DNA of 64,000 bases, from positions 288,001 through 352,000 of the forward strand of contig CAVRAL010000001.1 of the NCBI GenBank assembly GCA_963719085.1. Direction: 5' to 3'. The notes beneath the pieces are model-generated. The model was not told the DNA's origin. It saw nothing but the letters and a program-made list of their open reading frames with translations, and searched no databases. The DNA is from a candidate division FCPU426 bacterium. GTDB taxonomy: Bacteria > Oederibacteriota > Muellerivitia > Muellerivitales > Muellerivitaceae. A program made the translations under genes and the position numbers. This document shows positions 1-10,085 of the stretch, piece by piece; position 1 is the first letter of the stretch, and the number at the start of each line of letters is the position of its first letter.

Positions 1-1
1 A

Positions 2-1105
2 GCGATTCTCAACAGTTCCTCGGATTGGAACTTGGCCCGGGAAGCGGTGCTGTCAACCGACTTGAATCCTAAAACTCCCGCTTACAACGTCCAGCGGGCT
101 TGCGGGACTGGCTTAGAGAATATCTGGCAAATTGCTTTGAAGGCCCACACGGGCGCCATTGATCTGGGAATAGCCGGAGGAGTGGATACCAACAGCGACC
201 TTCCGATCGAAGTTTCCGACAAACTCCAAAAAGTATTATTGAATCTCAACAAGGCCCGCACCTTGGGGCAAAGGTTGAAGGCTTTATCGGGCTTGTCCTT
301 AAGCGCGTTGAAACCCAAGACCCCCACGATTAATGAGCCGCGAACCCTGCTTTCCATGGGCCAACATACGGAGCTCATGGTGAAGGAATGGAAAATCCCG
401 CGAGAAGAACAAGATGCTCTGGCGCTGAAGAGCCATCAAAATGGCGCGAAGGCTTATGACAAAGGTTTTTATGATGATCTCGTTGTTCCTTTTAATGGAT
501 TAAAACGAGACGGAATCCTTCGGGGCGACACCTCTCTGGAAAAATTGGCCAAGTTAAAACCCGCTTTTGATCCTAAAAACGGCACTTTGACGGCGGGCAA
601 TAGCTCGCCCCTTACGGATGGTTCGGCTTGCGTGTTGGTGGGGAACCAAAAGGGCGCGGATCAAGTGGGGCTAAAGCCTTTAGCGAAGATCGTGGATGTC
701 CAAGTGGCGGCGGTGGATTTTGTCCATGGCGCGGGGCTTTTGATGGCGCCGACCCTGGCGATCGCCCGGCTTCTCACCCGAAACAAGCTGACGCCCAAAG
801 ATTTTGATTATTTTGAGATCCATGAAGCTTTCGCGGGCCAGGTGCTTTGCAACTTGAAGGCCTTGGAGACTGAAAAGTATTGTAAAGAAGTTTTGGGTTT
901 AAGCGGCGCTTTGGAACCTTTGAATCGGGACAGGATCAACGTGGTCGGGAGCAGTATTGCGCTCGGCCATCCCTTCGCCGCCACCGGCGCCCGCATCGCC
1001 GGAACCTTGGCTAAACTTCTCAATTCCGGCGGACAAAAGCGGGGACTTATTTCCATCTGTACCGCGGGCGGCATGGGCGTGGCGGCCATTTTGGAAACGG
1101 CATAA
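2..1105 (+). CDS. Acetyl-CoA C-acyltransferase (thiolase, FadI-like), 5'-truncated by window edge
   Basis: Thiolase motifs RACGTG (catalytic Cys), EIHEAFA, GHPFAATG, CTAGGMG; frame is open from position 2. Confidence 0.92.
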   Translation, partial: AILNSSSDWNLAREAVLSTDLNPKTPAYNVQRACGTGLENIWQIALKAHTGAIDLGIAGGVDTNSDLPIEVSDKLQKVLLNLNKARTLGQRLKALSGLSLSALKPKTPTINEPRTLLSMGQHTELMVKEWKIPREEQDALALKSHQNGAKAYDKGFYDDLVVPFNGLKRDGILRGDTSLEKLAKLKPAFDPKNGTLTAGNSSPLTDGSACVLVGNQKGADQVGLKPLAKIVDVQVAAVDFVHGAGLLMAPTLAIARLLTRNKLTPKDFDYFEIHEAFAGQVLCNLKALETEKYCKEVLGLSGALEPLNRDRINVVGSSIALGHPFAATGARIAGTLAKLLNSGGQKRGLISICTAGGMGVAAILETA

Positions 1106-1178
1106 CAGGGCCGTCTTTACACCCTCTTGGCGAAAGGCTAAAGTATTGCCCAGTTCGCCGTTAGGAAGGGTGGAAGCC

Positions 1179-1529
1179 ATGGCTGAGAAACAATCCTTTT
1201 TAGAGAAACGCTCCCAATTCAGGGTTTCGGTCAAAATTCCGGTGCAATATCAATTAGTGGAAGACCCCCGGGAGTTGGATTTGTTCCATAGCCGCACGGC
1301 CTTGGCCAAAGACTTGAGCTTGGAAGGGATGTATATCAAGACCGATAAGGACGCCACGGTCGGGGATATTTTTCGGTTGGACATTTCCTTGCCGCGGGAT
1401 TCCAAACAATTGTTCGCCTTCGCCGAAGTGGCGTGGGTTCACGAGGGCGGGGCGGGACTCAAGCTGATGCTCATGGCGACCGAGGATATGGCGAATCTCC
1501 AAAAGTACCTGGAACAACCAGAGGCCTAG
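1179..1529 (+). CDS. PilZ domain protein
   Basis: KRSQFR (RxxxR) and DLSLEG (DxSxxG) c-di-GMP-binding motifs; ATG at 1179 after purine-rich RBS. Confidence 0.8.
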   Translation: MAEKQSFLEKRSQFRVSVKIPVQYQLVEDPRELDLFHSRTALAKDLSLEGMYIKTDKDATVGDIFRLDISLPRDSKQLFAFAEVAWVHEGGAGLKLMLMATEDMANLQKYLEQPEA

Positions 1530-1557
1530 CCGGTTTTTCAAAACTCTAAAATGGAAA

Positions 1558-2256
1558 ATGAATATGTCCGCTCCCCTTTGGAACAAGCGACTCAAGTGTC
1601 CCTTCTGCAAATTCGAGTTTGAGACCACCCGTCTGCGCTCCTCAGCGGTCCGCATCAAGGAAACCGAGAGCGATTTCGGCCACGTCTACGAGGGTGAATG
1701 CGCGTACTTTTACGCCATCACGGCATGCCCCCAATGTACCTTCGCCGCCTTGAACAAAGATTTTGAGGGTGTGCGGCCCGAGTACGAGCCCAAAATCATG
1801 GAAGCCAGCCAAAAAATAAAACAATCCACCAAAAAACGACCGGATATTTTCGCCCTTGGCGCCAGCAACGCCGAAACCGGCATCCGCCGCCACGAGCTTT
1901 CCATCGCCTTTTCCAAAATCCGGGTTTATCAGGATTTAAAAAGCCTGGCCGTGCTTTACCTGCATTTGGTTTGGCTTTTTCGTTTGCTCGGCGACCGGGA
2001 AAAAGAACGGGCCGCCATGGCCGAAGCCGCCAAGGCCTATCAGGACTTTCATGAGAAGGGCGGGGACCTGCCCGAGCAATTGGGCGAGCCGGGCGTGCTT
2101 TATCTGATCGGCGAACTCAACCGCCGCCAGGGACTTTTTCGGGAAGCCCGCCGTTATTACGAGAGGGCCTTGGCGAGCAAAGAAATTAAAAGTTTTCCCC
2201 GCATCGCCGAGCTTATCCGGGACATGATGCTGGTGGCCCGGGAAGAGATGGGATGA
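1558..2256 (+). CDS. DUF2225 family protein (Zn-finger plus TPR-like)
   Basis: CPFC...CPQC zinc finger followed by helical repeats with YLIGELNRR. Confidence 0.8.
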   Translation: MNMSAPLWNKRLKCPFCKFEFETTRLRSSAVRIKETESDFGHVYEGECAYFYAITACPQCTFAALNKDFEGVRPEYEPKIMEASQKIKQSTKKRPDIFALGASNAETGIRRHELSIAFSKIRVYQDLKSLAVLYLHLVWLFRLLGDREKERAAMAEAAKAYQDFHEKGGDLPEQLGEPGVLYLIGELNRRQGLFREARRYYERALASKEIKSFPRIAELIRDMMLVAREEMG

Positions 2257-2774
2257 CCATGGACAAAAAACTGGCTTGGACTTGGCTGGCCATTTTGGTT
2301 TTCGAGCTTCTTTTTTTGCTGGGCATCTACAGCCAATTGCCGCCTATCGTGGCGACCCACTTTGACGCGGTGGGAAATCCGAATGGATATCAGACCAAGA
2401 GCGCTTTTGTTTTGTCCTTCCTGGCGGCCATCGGTTTTTCCAACGGGCTTTTGGGACTTTTTTATTTCCTGATGAATAAAATTCCGCCCGAGCGCATGAA
2501 CCTGCCCAATAAGGCTTTCTGGCTGTCCACGCCGGAAAACCGGGCGCTCATCCAGGGGAAATTGCGTTTATCCCTCACCCAAGTCGCCTTATTTATGAAC
2601 GCGGCGCTTTTGTTCGGGGAACAGGTGATTTACCAGCAAAACGTGCCGACAGCCGCGTTCCACGTTTCGATTCTATTGGGGTTGATTGTGATTTTGGTTC
2701 TGGCCGTTTGCATGATGTTCATCTCGTTCTTTAATTTTCGTTCCTTCACGCGTCCGCCCGATTCTCAACCTTAA
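2253..2774 (+). CDS. DUF1648 membrane protein
   Basis: YSQLPPIVATHFDAVGNPNGY motif, 4 hydrophobic segments; ATGA overlap with upstream gene. Confidence 0.75.
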   Translation: MTMDKKLAWTWLAILVFELLFLLGIYSQLPPIVATHFDAVGNPNGYQTKSAFVLSFLAAIGFSNGLLGLFYFLMNKIPPERMNLPNKAFWLSTPENRALIQGKLRLSLTQVALFMNAALLFGEQVIYQQNVPTAAFHVSILLGLIVILVLAVCMMFISFFNFRSFTRPPDSQP

Positions 2775-2902
2775 TTAAACGTGCATTAGCACTTAATTTA
2801 AAAAAGAAAAGGAAGTGGCTTTATTTTTGTTTTGGGGTTCGTTTAAACTAAGCGGGCTTTCCAATGGGGAAGCGGTTGGGATAAATGATTAGGGAGGTTT
2901 TG

Positions 2903-3448
2903 ATGAAGAAGATTACCGCTTTATTGGGAGTTCTGACAGGCCTGTTTTTGGCCTCGGCTTCCTTCGCGATGCAGCTGCAGAGCAACGACATAAAAGACGG
3001 CGCCGTCATCGGCAATGACCAGGTGTTCAACGGCATGGGCTATACGGGGAAGAATATCTCGCCCGAACTGCATTGGACGAAGGGGCCGGAAGGCACCTTG
3101 AGCTATGCTTTGATGGTTTATGACCCGGACGCGCCGACCGGCAGCGGTTGGTGGCATTGGGTGGTTTTCAATATCCCGGCGGATACGACCAGCCTGCCCC
3201 AGGGATTCGGCTCCAAGAGCGCGAAGGATTCCGCGCCGCTGTTACAGTCGCGGACCGATTTTGGCGTTCCCGGCTATGGCGGTCCCGCGCCCCCGCCCGG
3301 CAAGGTGCATCATTACATCTTCACGATTTTCGCCTTAAAGGTGAAGTCGCTTCCCCTGACAGCGGACTCGTCGGCGGCCATGGTGGGTTTCTACGCCAAC
3401 GCCAATAAGCTGGACTCGGCGACTTTGACGGGGTTGTTCGGGAAGTAA
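2903..3448 (+). CDS. YbhB/YbcL (PEBP, Raf kinase inhibitor-like) exported protein
   Basis: Signal peptide; DPDAP...WWHW, GYGGPAPP, HHYIF motifs; GGAGG RBS. Confidence 0.9.
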   Translation: MKKITALLGVLTGLFLASASFAMQLQSNDIKDGAVIGNDQVFNGMGYTGKNISPELHWTKGPEGTLSYALMVYDPDAPTGSGWWHWVVFNIPADTTSLPQGFGSKSAKDSAPLLQSRTDFGVPGYGGPAPPPGKVHHYIFTIFALKVKSLPLTADSSAAMVGFYANANKLDSATLTGLFGK

Positions 3449-3512
3449 AGCGATGGGCCGGCGGTTCTTTTTCGGTCCATAAATGTTTGGGAAATAAATT
3501 TTGTCTAGCTGC

Positions 3513-3546
3513 AAAAGGCTGGACGGGAAACCGTCCGGCCTTTTTT
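3513..3546 (+). terminator. Intrinsic (bidirectional-type) terminator
   Basis: aaaaggctggacgg-gaaa-ccgtccggcc-tttttt hairpin downstream of ybhB-like gene. Confidence 0.8.
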
Positions 3547-3567
3547 GTTTTGGAAAGATTTTGTGTC

Positions 3568-3718
3568 ATTCGTCATTGCGAGGAGTGTTGTTCATTGGTT
3601 TTAGCGACGAAGCAATCTCAGTTTATGGACATCGAAATACGCCTCCGACGTCATACACAAAAACAACCCAAAAACTTGGATTGCCGCGTCACAAAATCCG
3701 TTCCTCGCAATGACGAAT
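3568..3718. repeat. Palindromic REP/RPE-like element (GTCATTGCGAGG type)
   Basis: Perfect 17-bp terminal inverted repeats attcgtcattgcgagga / tcctcgcaatgacgaat; inner arms gacgaagcaatc / gattgccgcgtc. Confidence 0.75.
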
Positions 3719-3835
3719 AATCGGGTATTTCAGGTCCCGAACCCCTCCGGGATTTACGCCCTCCGGGAGTGCGTCCGGGACTAACATTTGATCCTCAACT
3801 GTTTAGAGACGGTATCAATTTTTTCAGGTCTAGGG

Positions 3836-6283
3836 TTAGACCGGAGTCTCAGGCCACTGGTGCCGGGGATACCGTCTCGACAGTTCCTTGCGGGCTTGGG
3901 GATAGTGCCTTTCCCAGAAACCGGCCAGGTCACTCGTAATCTGAACCGGTTTTTTGCCGGGGGTGAGCAGGTGCAATACTACCGGCACCTTGCCGTTGGC
4001 AATCGAGGGTCCTTGCTTCATCCCGAAGAAATCCTGAATTCTAGATTCGGCCCAAGGCGGTTTTCCCGTCTCGTAATAAATAGGGGCTCGGCGGCCGCCG
4101 GCCAGCGCGATGGAGCTGGGCGCCAGCTTTTCTAAGAGGGATTGGCCTGAGGGGGCGAGCTTGGTCCTTAAAGCCGGGACTAGGCCGGCTTCTTTTAAAT
4201 CCGCCAGGCTTCGACAGCCCTCGCTGAGTTCCCGCAGGGTTTCCTCGATTTTCTCGGGCGTGAAGGCGCTGATTTCGTCCGTATGTTGGGCCGCGAAGGC
4301 TACTCGATTCAGGAATTGGGAAAGCTCGTTGGCATCGGTATAGGCCTGGGGGCCCGCGGCCAGAGCTTCTTTCACCAACAGGTTCCGGGCTTCGGGCCCA
4401 AACTCTCGGGCTGACAGGACTTTTTCATCCAAAATGAGCTGGCCGTAAAGCAAGCGTTGGGACACATTCACTCTTTGAGCCTTGTCATCCCATTCCACTG
4501 ATTGTTCTTCCTTCACGTCCGCCATGAATAGATCCAACAACCAATCGGCCTCAATGGGGGCCAGTGAACGGGCTTTTACCAAGGTCTTGCCGGCCTGCTG
4601 GGTTTCCTGGGCTTCCACCACCACAAAATACTCATGGGCCCGGGTGAGGGCGCTGTCGGACGCTTGGGCGCTGCCTCCCGAGGACAAGACCAGTTCCTTC
4701 TTACCCGCTTGGTGGCGGCTTAAGGAAGACTCGCCCGCCCTAATTTTGCCGACCCGGTCGGGGAAAGCCGTCAGCAGACATTTGGCCAAGGCCTGGTCCG
4801 AGGAGTCGGTGGGCTTCGCGGGTTTCGAGCTAGTCCCAAGTTCTAAAAGTCCCGCCAGTTGATCTTCTAATCGCTTGGCTTCATATCCGGGTTGGTATTT
4901 GCGTAGTTCTTCCAGCAAGTCCTCGCCGCCCGCGCGCTCTTCACTAATCAGGGCGGCCAAGCGGCAGGCTTGCCGGGGGACCAATGGATCGGAAGAGGCC
5001 TTCGCCTCCAACAGTAATTTGGAAAGCCGGGGGACCAAGGGAAAAGCCGCCATGCGCCGGCCCATTTCACTCAGGCGGTTTTGATGGTCCAAGGCGCCCA
5101 GGCGCCGCAAAAGATCCAGGGCGGCGGCGAGGGAAGCGTCGGAGGGTTTTAGGAACCAAGGAAAAGCGTCCAAATCCTCCACGCCCAGCTTTTTTAAATC
5201 CAATAGACTTTTAGAGAGGTCCGTCCGTAAAAGTTCCGGCAGGTCAAAAGCCGCGCGATGCTCGAAATCAAACTTGGTATAAAGCCTGACGCAATGGCCT
5301 TCTTGAAGCCGTCCCGCTCGGCCCGCCCTTTGGGTGGCCGAGGCTTGGCTGGCCGATAGGGTGACGAGGCTTGGCAGGCCGGACCATCCCGAGACCCGGG
5401 CTTGACGGGTGAGGCCCGAATCCACCACCGAGGTGACGTCCGGAACGGTCAGGGAAGTTTCGGCCACATTGGTGGACAGGATGACCTTGCGCCCGGGCGA
5501 GGGCCTCAAGACCGCCTGTTGTTCTTCCACGGGAAGGTCGCCGTAAAGGGCGTGGACCTCGCCGAAATCTTTCAAGGAGCCCTGGCATCGGCGGATTTCC
5601 CCCAGGCCCGGCAAAAATACCAAGGTGGTTCCCGTGATGCCCTTGCCGGCCAAATGACGCAGGGCGCCTTTCACCTTCAGGCTTAAGTCCGGATGTTCGG
5701 GCTGGGGCAGGTATTCCACGCCGACGGGGAAGACACGGCCTTTGCTGGCGAAAACCGGAGCGCCGCCCAGATATTCGGACAGGGCGGAAGCGTCCAGGGT
5801 GGCGCTCATCACGAGAAGACGAAGGTCCGGTCTTTTTTCCAGTTGAAGGCGCCGCAGCCAAGCCACGCCCAATTCCAGCGCCAGGCTTCTTTCATGGAAC
5901 TCGTCCAGGATGACGGCGGCGACCTTGGATAACACGGGATCGCCCTGGGCCAGGGGAAGCAGCATCCCGTCGGTCATGAATTTTAAACGGGTTTGGGGGC
6001 CGGTTTTATTCTCAAAGCGAAATTGATAGCCGACTTGGCGGGGCCCGTCTTCGCCCATTTCTTCCGCCACCCTTAAGGAAGCCATCTTGGCGGCCAGCCG
6101 CCGGGGCTGGAGCACCCAGATTTCTTTGTCCTTAGCGAAGCCCGCGCCCAGCAGAGCCGGGGGAACCCGGGTAGTTTTACCGGCGCCGGGTTCGGCGGTG
6201 ATGACGGCGGCGTTTTTTTGTTCCAGGGACGCGATCAGTTCCGGGATGAGGCTGTCAATGGGAAGCGGCGATAGGGTTTTCAT
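3836..6283 (-). CDS. hrpB: ATP-dependent RNA helicase HrpB
   Basis: GAGKTT, DEFHER, MSAT, QRAGRAGR motifs and HrpB C-terminal ELSRRYPRHQWP. Confidence 0.95.
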   Translation of the reverse strand: MKTLSPLPIDSLIPELIASLEQKNAAVITAEPGAGKTTRVPPALLGAGFAKDKEIWVLQPRRLAAKMASLRVAEEMGEDGPRQVGYQFRFENKTGPQTRLKFMTDGMLLPLAQGDPVLSKVAAVILDEFHERSLALELGVAWLRRLQLEKRPDLRLLVMSATLDASALSEYLGGAPVFASKGRVFPVGVEYLPQPEHPDLSLKVKGALRHLAGKGITGTTLVFLPGLGEIRRCQGSLKDFGEVHALYGDLPVEEQQAVLRPSPGRKVILSTNVAETSLTVPDVTSVVDSGLTRQARVSGWSGLPSLVTLSASQASATQRAGRAGRLQEGHCVRLYTKFDFEHRAAFDLPELLRTDLSKSLLDLKKLGVEDLDAFPWFLKPSDASLAAALDLLRRLGALDHQNRLSEMGRRMAAFPLVPRLSKLLLEAKASSDPLVPRQACRLAALISEERAGGEDLLEELRKYQPGYEAKRLEDQLAGLLELGTSSKPAKPTDSSDQALAKCLLTAFPDRVGKIRAGESSLSRHQAGKKELVLSSGGSAQASDSALTRAHEYFVVVEAQETQQAGKTLVKARSLAPIEADWLLDLFMADVKEEQSVEWDDKAQRVNVSQRLLYGQLILDEKVLSAREFGPEARNLLVKEALAAGPQAYTDANELSQFLNRVAFAAQHTDEISAFTPEKIEETLRELSEGCRSLADLKEAGLVPALRTKLAPSGQSLLEKLAPSSIALAGGRRAPIYYETGKPPWAESRIQDFFGMKQGPSIANGKVPVVLHLLTPGKKPVQITSDLAGFWERHYPQARKELSRRYPRHQWPETPV

Positions 6284-6328
6284 GGCCGGTTATTTTTACA
6301 TATTTTAGGGGGAATAGGGCCGAAGCTT

Positions 6329-7348
6329 TTAAAAGCGATTTTTTAACCCGAAGGCCTCCGCCAAAAGCTCATAGGATTTGCGGCGGTCCTGATGGTCATG
6401 GACAAGGGTGAGAACCATGATTTCGTCCGCCGCTGTTTTTTCGGCCAGATCCATCAGTTGGGCGTGAACTTTTTTCACCGAGCCCACGAACATCCTTTCC
6501 CGGTTGGTCTTGATGATCTGGGAATCCAGGGGCGTATAGGCGTAATTCTTAGCTTCTTCCAGGCTGGGATAGACGGGCTTGGCGCCCTGTTGCATGCGCA
6601 GGCGCATTAAATCGACCGGTTTGGCCAACTCCTCGGCCCTTTCATCCGTTTCAGCGGCGATTACCATGACGCCCAGGATGGCCTTGGGCTCGAGGGCCGC
6701 GGCCATGCCTTGGTAATTTTCCCGGTACAGCCGCATCGCCTCAACCGCCGGTTGGGCGTTGATGTGATGGGCGAAGGCGTAGCCCAAGCCCAATTGGGCG
6801 GCTAACTGGGCGGTGGCTCCGCTGGAACTTAGGAGCCAAATTTCCGGGGTCGAGGCGTCCACCGGAATGGCGGTGATCCGGCGGTAGGGATGGTGGTCGG
6901 GAAAGGCGCCGGCGAAGAAGCAAAGCAGGTCCCCCAATTGTTCCGGGAAACGGTCCTCGGTGACGGCGTCCCGTTCCCGGCGCAGGGCCAGGGCGGTCAA
7001 GGCGTCGGTTCCGGGCGCGCGGCCCAATCCCAAATCGATCCGGCCGGGATAAAGCGCTTCCAAAAGCCGGAAGTTCTCAGCCACCTTCAGGGGCGTGTGA
7101 TTGGGAAGCATGATGCCCCCCGAGCCCACCCGCATGGCTTTGGTCACGGCGGCCACCTGGCCGATCATGATTTCAGGGGCCGAACTGGCCAGCCCTGGAA
7201 AATTATGATGCTCGGCCAGCCAATAGCGGGTATAGCCTAATTGCTCGGTGAGACGGGCCAGGTCCAAGGTGTTTTGAAGCGCCTGGGTGCTGGTGGAACC
7301 GGCGGGAATGGGGCAAAGGTCGAGGACCGAAAGGGCGATGGGTTTCAT
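6329..7348 (-). CDS. Luciferase-like (LLM class) flavin-dependent oxidoreductase
   Basis: [30 protein letters not shown] motifs. Confidence 0.92.
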   Translation of the reverse strand: MKPIALSVLDLCPIPAGSTSTQALQNTLDLARLTEQLGYTRYWLAEHHNFPGLASSAPEIMIGQVAAVTKAMRVGSGGIMLPNHTPLKVAENFRLLEALYPGRIDLGLGRAPGTDALTALALRRERDAVTEDRFPEQLGDLLCFFAGAFPDHHPYRRITAIPVDASTPEIWLLSSSGATAQLAAQLGLGYAFAHHINAQPAVEAMRLYRENYQGMAAALEPKAILGVMVIAAETDERAEELAKPVDLMRLRMQQGAKPVYPSLEEAKNYAYTPLDSQIIKTNRERMFVGSVKKVHAQLMDLAEKTAADEIMVLTLVHDHQDRRKSYELLAEAFGLKNRF

Positions 7349-7378
7349 GGACTTATTAATGGGGAAGCGCGGAGGTTT

Positions 7379-8008
7379 TTACAAGGTCCATTTGGCTAAA
7401 AACTTTGGCGCCAAGGCGTAGTTCAGCTGAACCAAAAGGATAAAAGCGATGCTCCAGTTGTTATGAATGAGGCAAAGCGCGGCGCCGAAAGCGTAAAGGG
7501 TTTGGGCGCGCAAAACGCGGTGAATGACGGCCCGATAAATTTTTTCCGTGACCCTTTTTTTCATGATGTTGGCTTTACAGGCGTAAATCCAGCTGGCCAA
7601 AAGCAATAAGCCCAGAACCAGGATGTTGAGCCAATAAATGAGGAGCGCGGTTCGGTAGCCGTCGTATTGAATTAAAAGTTCCGTGGAAAAGGGGATGGCC
7701 GTGACCGAGGCCAGAAAGGTGATATGGAGCCAGGTAAAGTGGTGGTTGGAATATTTTAACTGGCTCATCTGGGTTTGCTGGCCGACCCAGTAGATGCCCA
7801 GGGTGAGTAAACTCATGATCCAAGGAAAAATTTTAGGGGCCAATGTCGCCAGGGCTTGGACCAACTCGGTTTCATTGTGGACGGTCTCGGGGGCCGGGAT
7901 ATGGATGTCCAGCACCAAGAGTGTCATGGCGAAGGCGAAAATGCCGTCGCTGAGTCCTTCCAGGCGCGCCAGGTTCTTTCCGGCGACTTCGTTATAAATC
8001 AGGTTCAT
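7379..8008 (-). CDS. TMEM175/DUF1211 family potassium channel-like protein
   Basis: RLEGLSDGIFAFAMTLL signature; multiple TM helices; start chosen at ATG 8008. Confidence 0.85.
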   Translation of the reverse strand: MNLIYNEVAGKNLARLEGLSDGIFAFAMTLLVLDIHIPAPETVHNETELVQALATLAPKIFPWIMSLLTLGIYWVGQQTQMSQLKYSNHHFTWLHITFLASVTAIPFSTELLIQYDGYRTALLIYWLNILVLGLLLLASWIYACKANIMKKRVTEKIYRAVIHRVLRAQTLYAFGAALCLIHNNWSIAFILLVQLNYALAPKFLAKWTL

Positions 8009-8107
8009 GGGCGCTGAGTATATCAGGGTCTTTTCCATGGAAAAAGCGCGGCCGCACGATGGCATCTTGTTTTTTTGAAAGCTTAGGATGAGCCAGTTGC
8101 CTTCAAC

Positions 8108-8143
8108 AAAGAAAAGGCCCTTCCGAATTCCCGGAAGGGCCTT
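8108..8143 (-). terminator. Intrinsic terminator
   Basis: aaggcccttccg / cggaagggcctt stem with U-rich tail on the minus strand. Confidence 0.7.
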
Positions 8144-8172
8144 AGGGCAGTCATTCTTAAAGCTTTTCCATC

Positions 8173-9078
8173 TTATAAATGAAGCGTCAAGGACAGGTCA
8201 GCATTAAAGCCTGTATAGTCCAGGTCCGTGTCTTGAACGCCTGGGGGCAGGGAGGTCGCGCTTGTCGGGACAGGCAGTACTTCCGTATAAGGAGAGCTAA
8301 TGGTGCTGGTCACGAGGATGAAAGGCCCTCCAGAAGTATGAGGCGTTCCATTCGCGGTCACCGAATTGGCGACAAGTTTGCCGAAATCGGCGGCCCGGAA
8401 ACGGGCCGACAGGCCCAAGTCCAGCGATCCGCCCAAATCCAATTTTTCCGAAACCCCCAGCGTGCCACCGATGCCATCCTGGCCGAAATCACCCACAAGG
8501 GTTGTGCCGCCGGAGATGTCGCTTTGATAGTGGACAGCGCCGTGATAAAAGCCGCCGCCCAGTGTCAGGGAAGTCTTGCTTCCCCCGCCCTGCGCGATTA
8601 CCAGCGAATAGTTCAGGGAAACGCCCAAGAGGCTTGGATCGAACTTTTCATAAGTTCCGGCGGCGCCGCCTGTGGTGATGTTGAGCCCTGATTGGGAAGT
8701 CCAGGTGTTTTCCAAGCTGAGGGACAGGGAATTGCGTTTGTCGAAGTCATAGCCTACCGCCACCCCGCCTAGAATGCCGCTTCCGCCCGTTCCGTCGGAC
8801 GAGCTGTCGCCTAACGAAGAGGCGTAATCAATAAGACTCTTTTCGGCGGTGCCCAGAGATCCCAGGTTCGCGAAGTCGTAACCGGCGTAGAGGCTGACCC
8901 AAACACCCGATCCAGAGTCCATCTTGGCCGCCATCAAGGACGATGCCTTCGGTGCCTTCGCGGAGGTGGCCTTGGCAAATTCAACCCCTTCCAAAGAAAA
9001 GCTATCATCGGCGGCTTGAGAAACGCCGAAAGTCAATAGAACTATTCCGACCGCAAGTAATCCAACGAACTTCTTCAT
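8173..9078 (-). CDS. Exported outer-membrane beta-barrel-like protein
   Basis: Signal peptide; Gly/aromatic alternating beta-strands; C-terminal strand DLSLTLHL; GGAGG RBS. Confidence 0.6.
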   Translation of the reverse strand: MKKFVGLLAVGIVLLTFGVSQAADDSFSLEGVEFAKATSAKAPKASSLMAAKMDSGSGVWVSLYAGYDFANLGSLGTAEKSLIDYASSLGDSSSDGTGGSGILGGVAVGYDFDKRNSLSLSLENTWTSQSGLNITTGGAAGTYEKFDPSLLGVSLNYSLVIAQGGGSKTSLTLGGGFYHGAVHYQSDISGGTTLVGDFGQDGIGGTLGVSEKLDLGGSLDLGLSARFRAADFGKLVANSVTANGTPHTSGGPFILVTSTISSPYTEVLPVPTSATSLPPGVQDTDLDYTGFNADLSLTLHL

Positions 9079-9371
9079 AGACCCTCCAAACTTTATTGTG
9101 TAACGCAGGCTAAAAGTACGGGCGAATTCTAAACTAGGGAAACTGAGAATTAAAGGAAATTGTGCCCAAGCTATGAGCCGTTTCAGGGGTGGATACGTTT
9201 CAGCCGGGTCATTTTTCTAAATGGTTCCAGGAACTAGGCAGTTTTTTTCCGCGCGCTCTTTTTAAAAAAACAAAAAGATTTCATCTTGCCACACAATGGA
9301 ATACTTATGTATACTTTCTTCTTGGGCGGATTTTAATCGGGAAACATTCAGCCCAAGGGAAAGGGCGGCCT

Positions 9372-9662
9372 GTGCAAAGACCCGAAATCGAAATCTTATT
9401 CAGTCCGGAAGCCCAAGGGGAATTCGATTACATCCAACGGACGGCCCGGTCCCTGGAACGGGATTGGGCGCGGCGTTATTTAGCCGATCTTTTGGATTTT
9501 CCACCAGAAGCCTGGCTGGACCTTCGCAGCCGAATCCTGGGGGTTTATTTTAAATCCGATTCCCATATTCCCTTTGATATCCAGGGACGGGTTTATGAAG
9601 AGCCGGCCGGGGGGCCACAGCGGGTGGTGGTGACGCGGTTTCGGCTGCGGAAAGGAACTTGA
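9372..9662 (+). CDS. Small hypothetical protein, possibly RelE/ParE-fold
   Basis: GTG start after GGGAAAGGG; 96 aa; N-terminal EIEILFSPEAQGEF resembles the RelE/ParE beta1-alpha1 pattern. Confidence 0.45.
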   Translation: MQRPEIEILFSPEAQGEFDYIQRTARSLERDWARRYLADLLDFPPEAWLDLRSRILGVYFKSDSHIPFDIQGRVYEEPAGGPQRVVVTRFRLRKGT

Positions 9663-9687
9663 AAAAAGCATACATGAAGCATACAAT
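9659..9687 (+). promoter_or_regulatory. Sigma70-type promoter overlapped by a direct repeat
   Basis: TTGAAA-17bp-TACAAT; AAGCATACA occurs twice (9666-9674, 9677-9685). Confidence 0.5.
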
Positions 9688-9744
9688 TGGGGCGGATGGT
9701 CAATATCCATTCCCGGACTTTCGCGACGGGATCAGGAGGCTTTC

Positions 9745-10071
9745 ATGGAAGGCGTCATCAGCTACCGGCCCCGCATGGGGAAGCGCAAACTGGAAAGTCT
9801 GGTTAAAAATAAGCTTCATTACCGAACCCTGAATCAATTTATCGATCACGCCGTGGCCCGTGCGCTCCAGGAAGAATTCGGCTCCCATCCCCTGGCCAAA
9901 AAAATCGCCGATATGGTTTACCAAATGGTGGTGGATCAGGCGGAGCTTCGATTGACCAAGCCCACGCCTGAGGAAGCCCGTGAGATCGAGGAAATCGCCC
10001 AACGGGCGGTCATGGGTCGTTCGCTCGTCCCGGGCAAAGAGCTTTTGAAGCGCCATTCCCCTAAATCTTGA
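9745..10071 (+). CDS. Ribbon-helix-helix-like protein (antitoxin-like)
   Basis: AGGAGG RBS; VISYRP strand then YRTLNQFIDHAVARAL helix; antitoxin-like C-terminal GRSLVPGKELLKR. Confidence 0.55.
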   Translation: MEGVISYRPRMGKRKLESLVKNKLHYRTLNQFIDHAVARALQEEFGSHPLAKKIADMVYQMVVDQAELRLTKPTPEEAREIEEIAQRAVMGRSLVPGKELLKRHSPKS

Positions 10072-10085
10072 GCTTTTCCTTTCCG

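Noticed and set aside
3487..3720. Short ORFs over the palindrome
   Set aside because: Translations of repeat and terminator sequence, with no RBS or protein motifs
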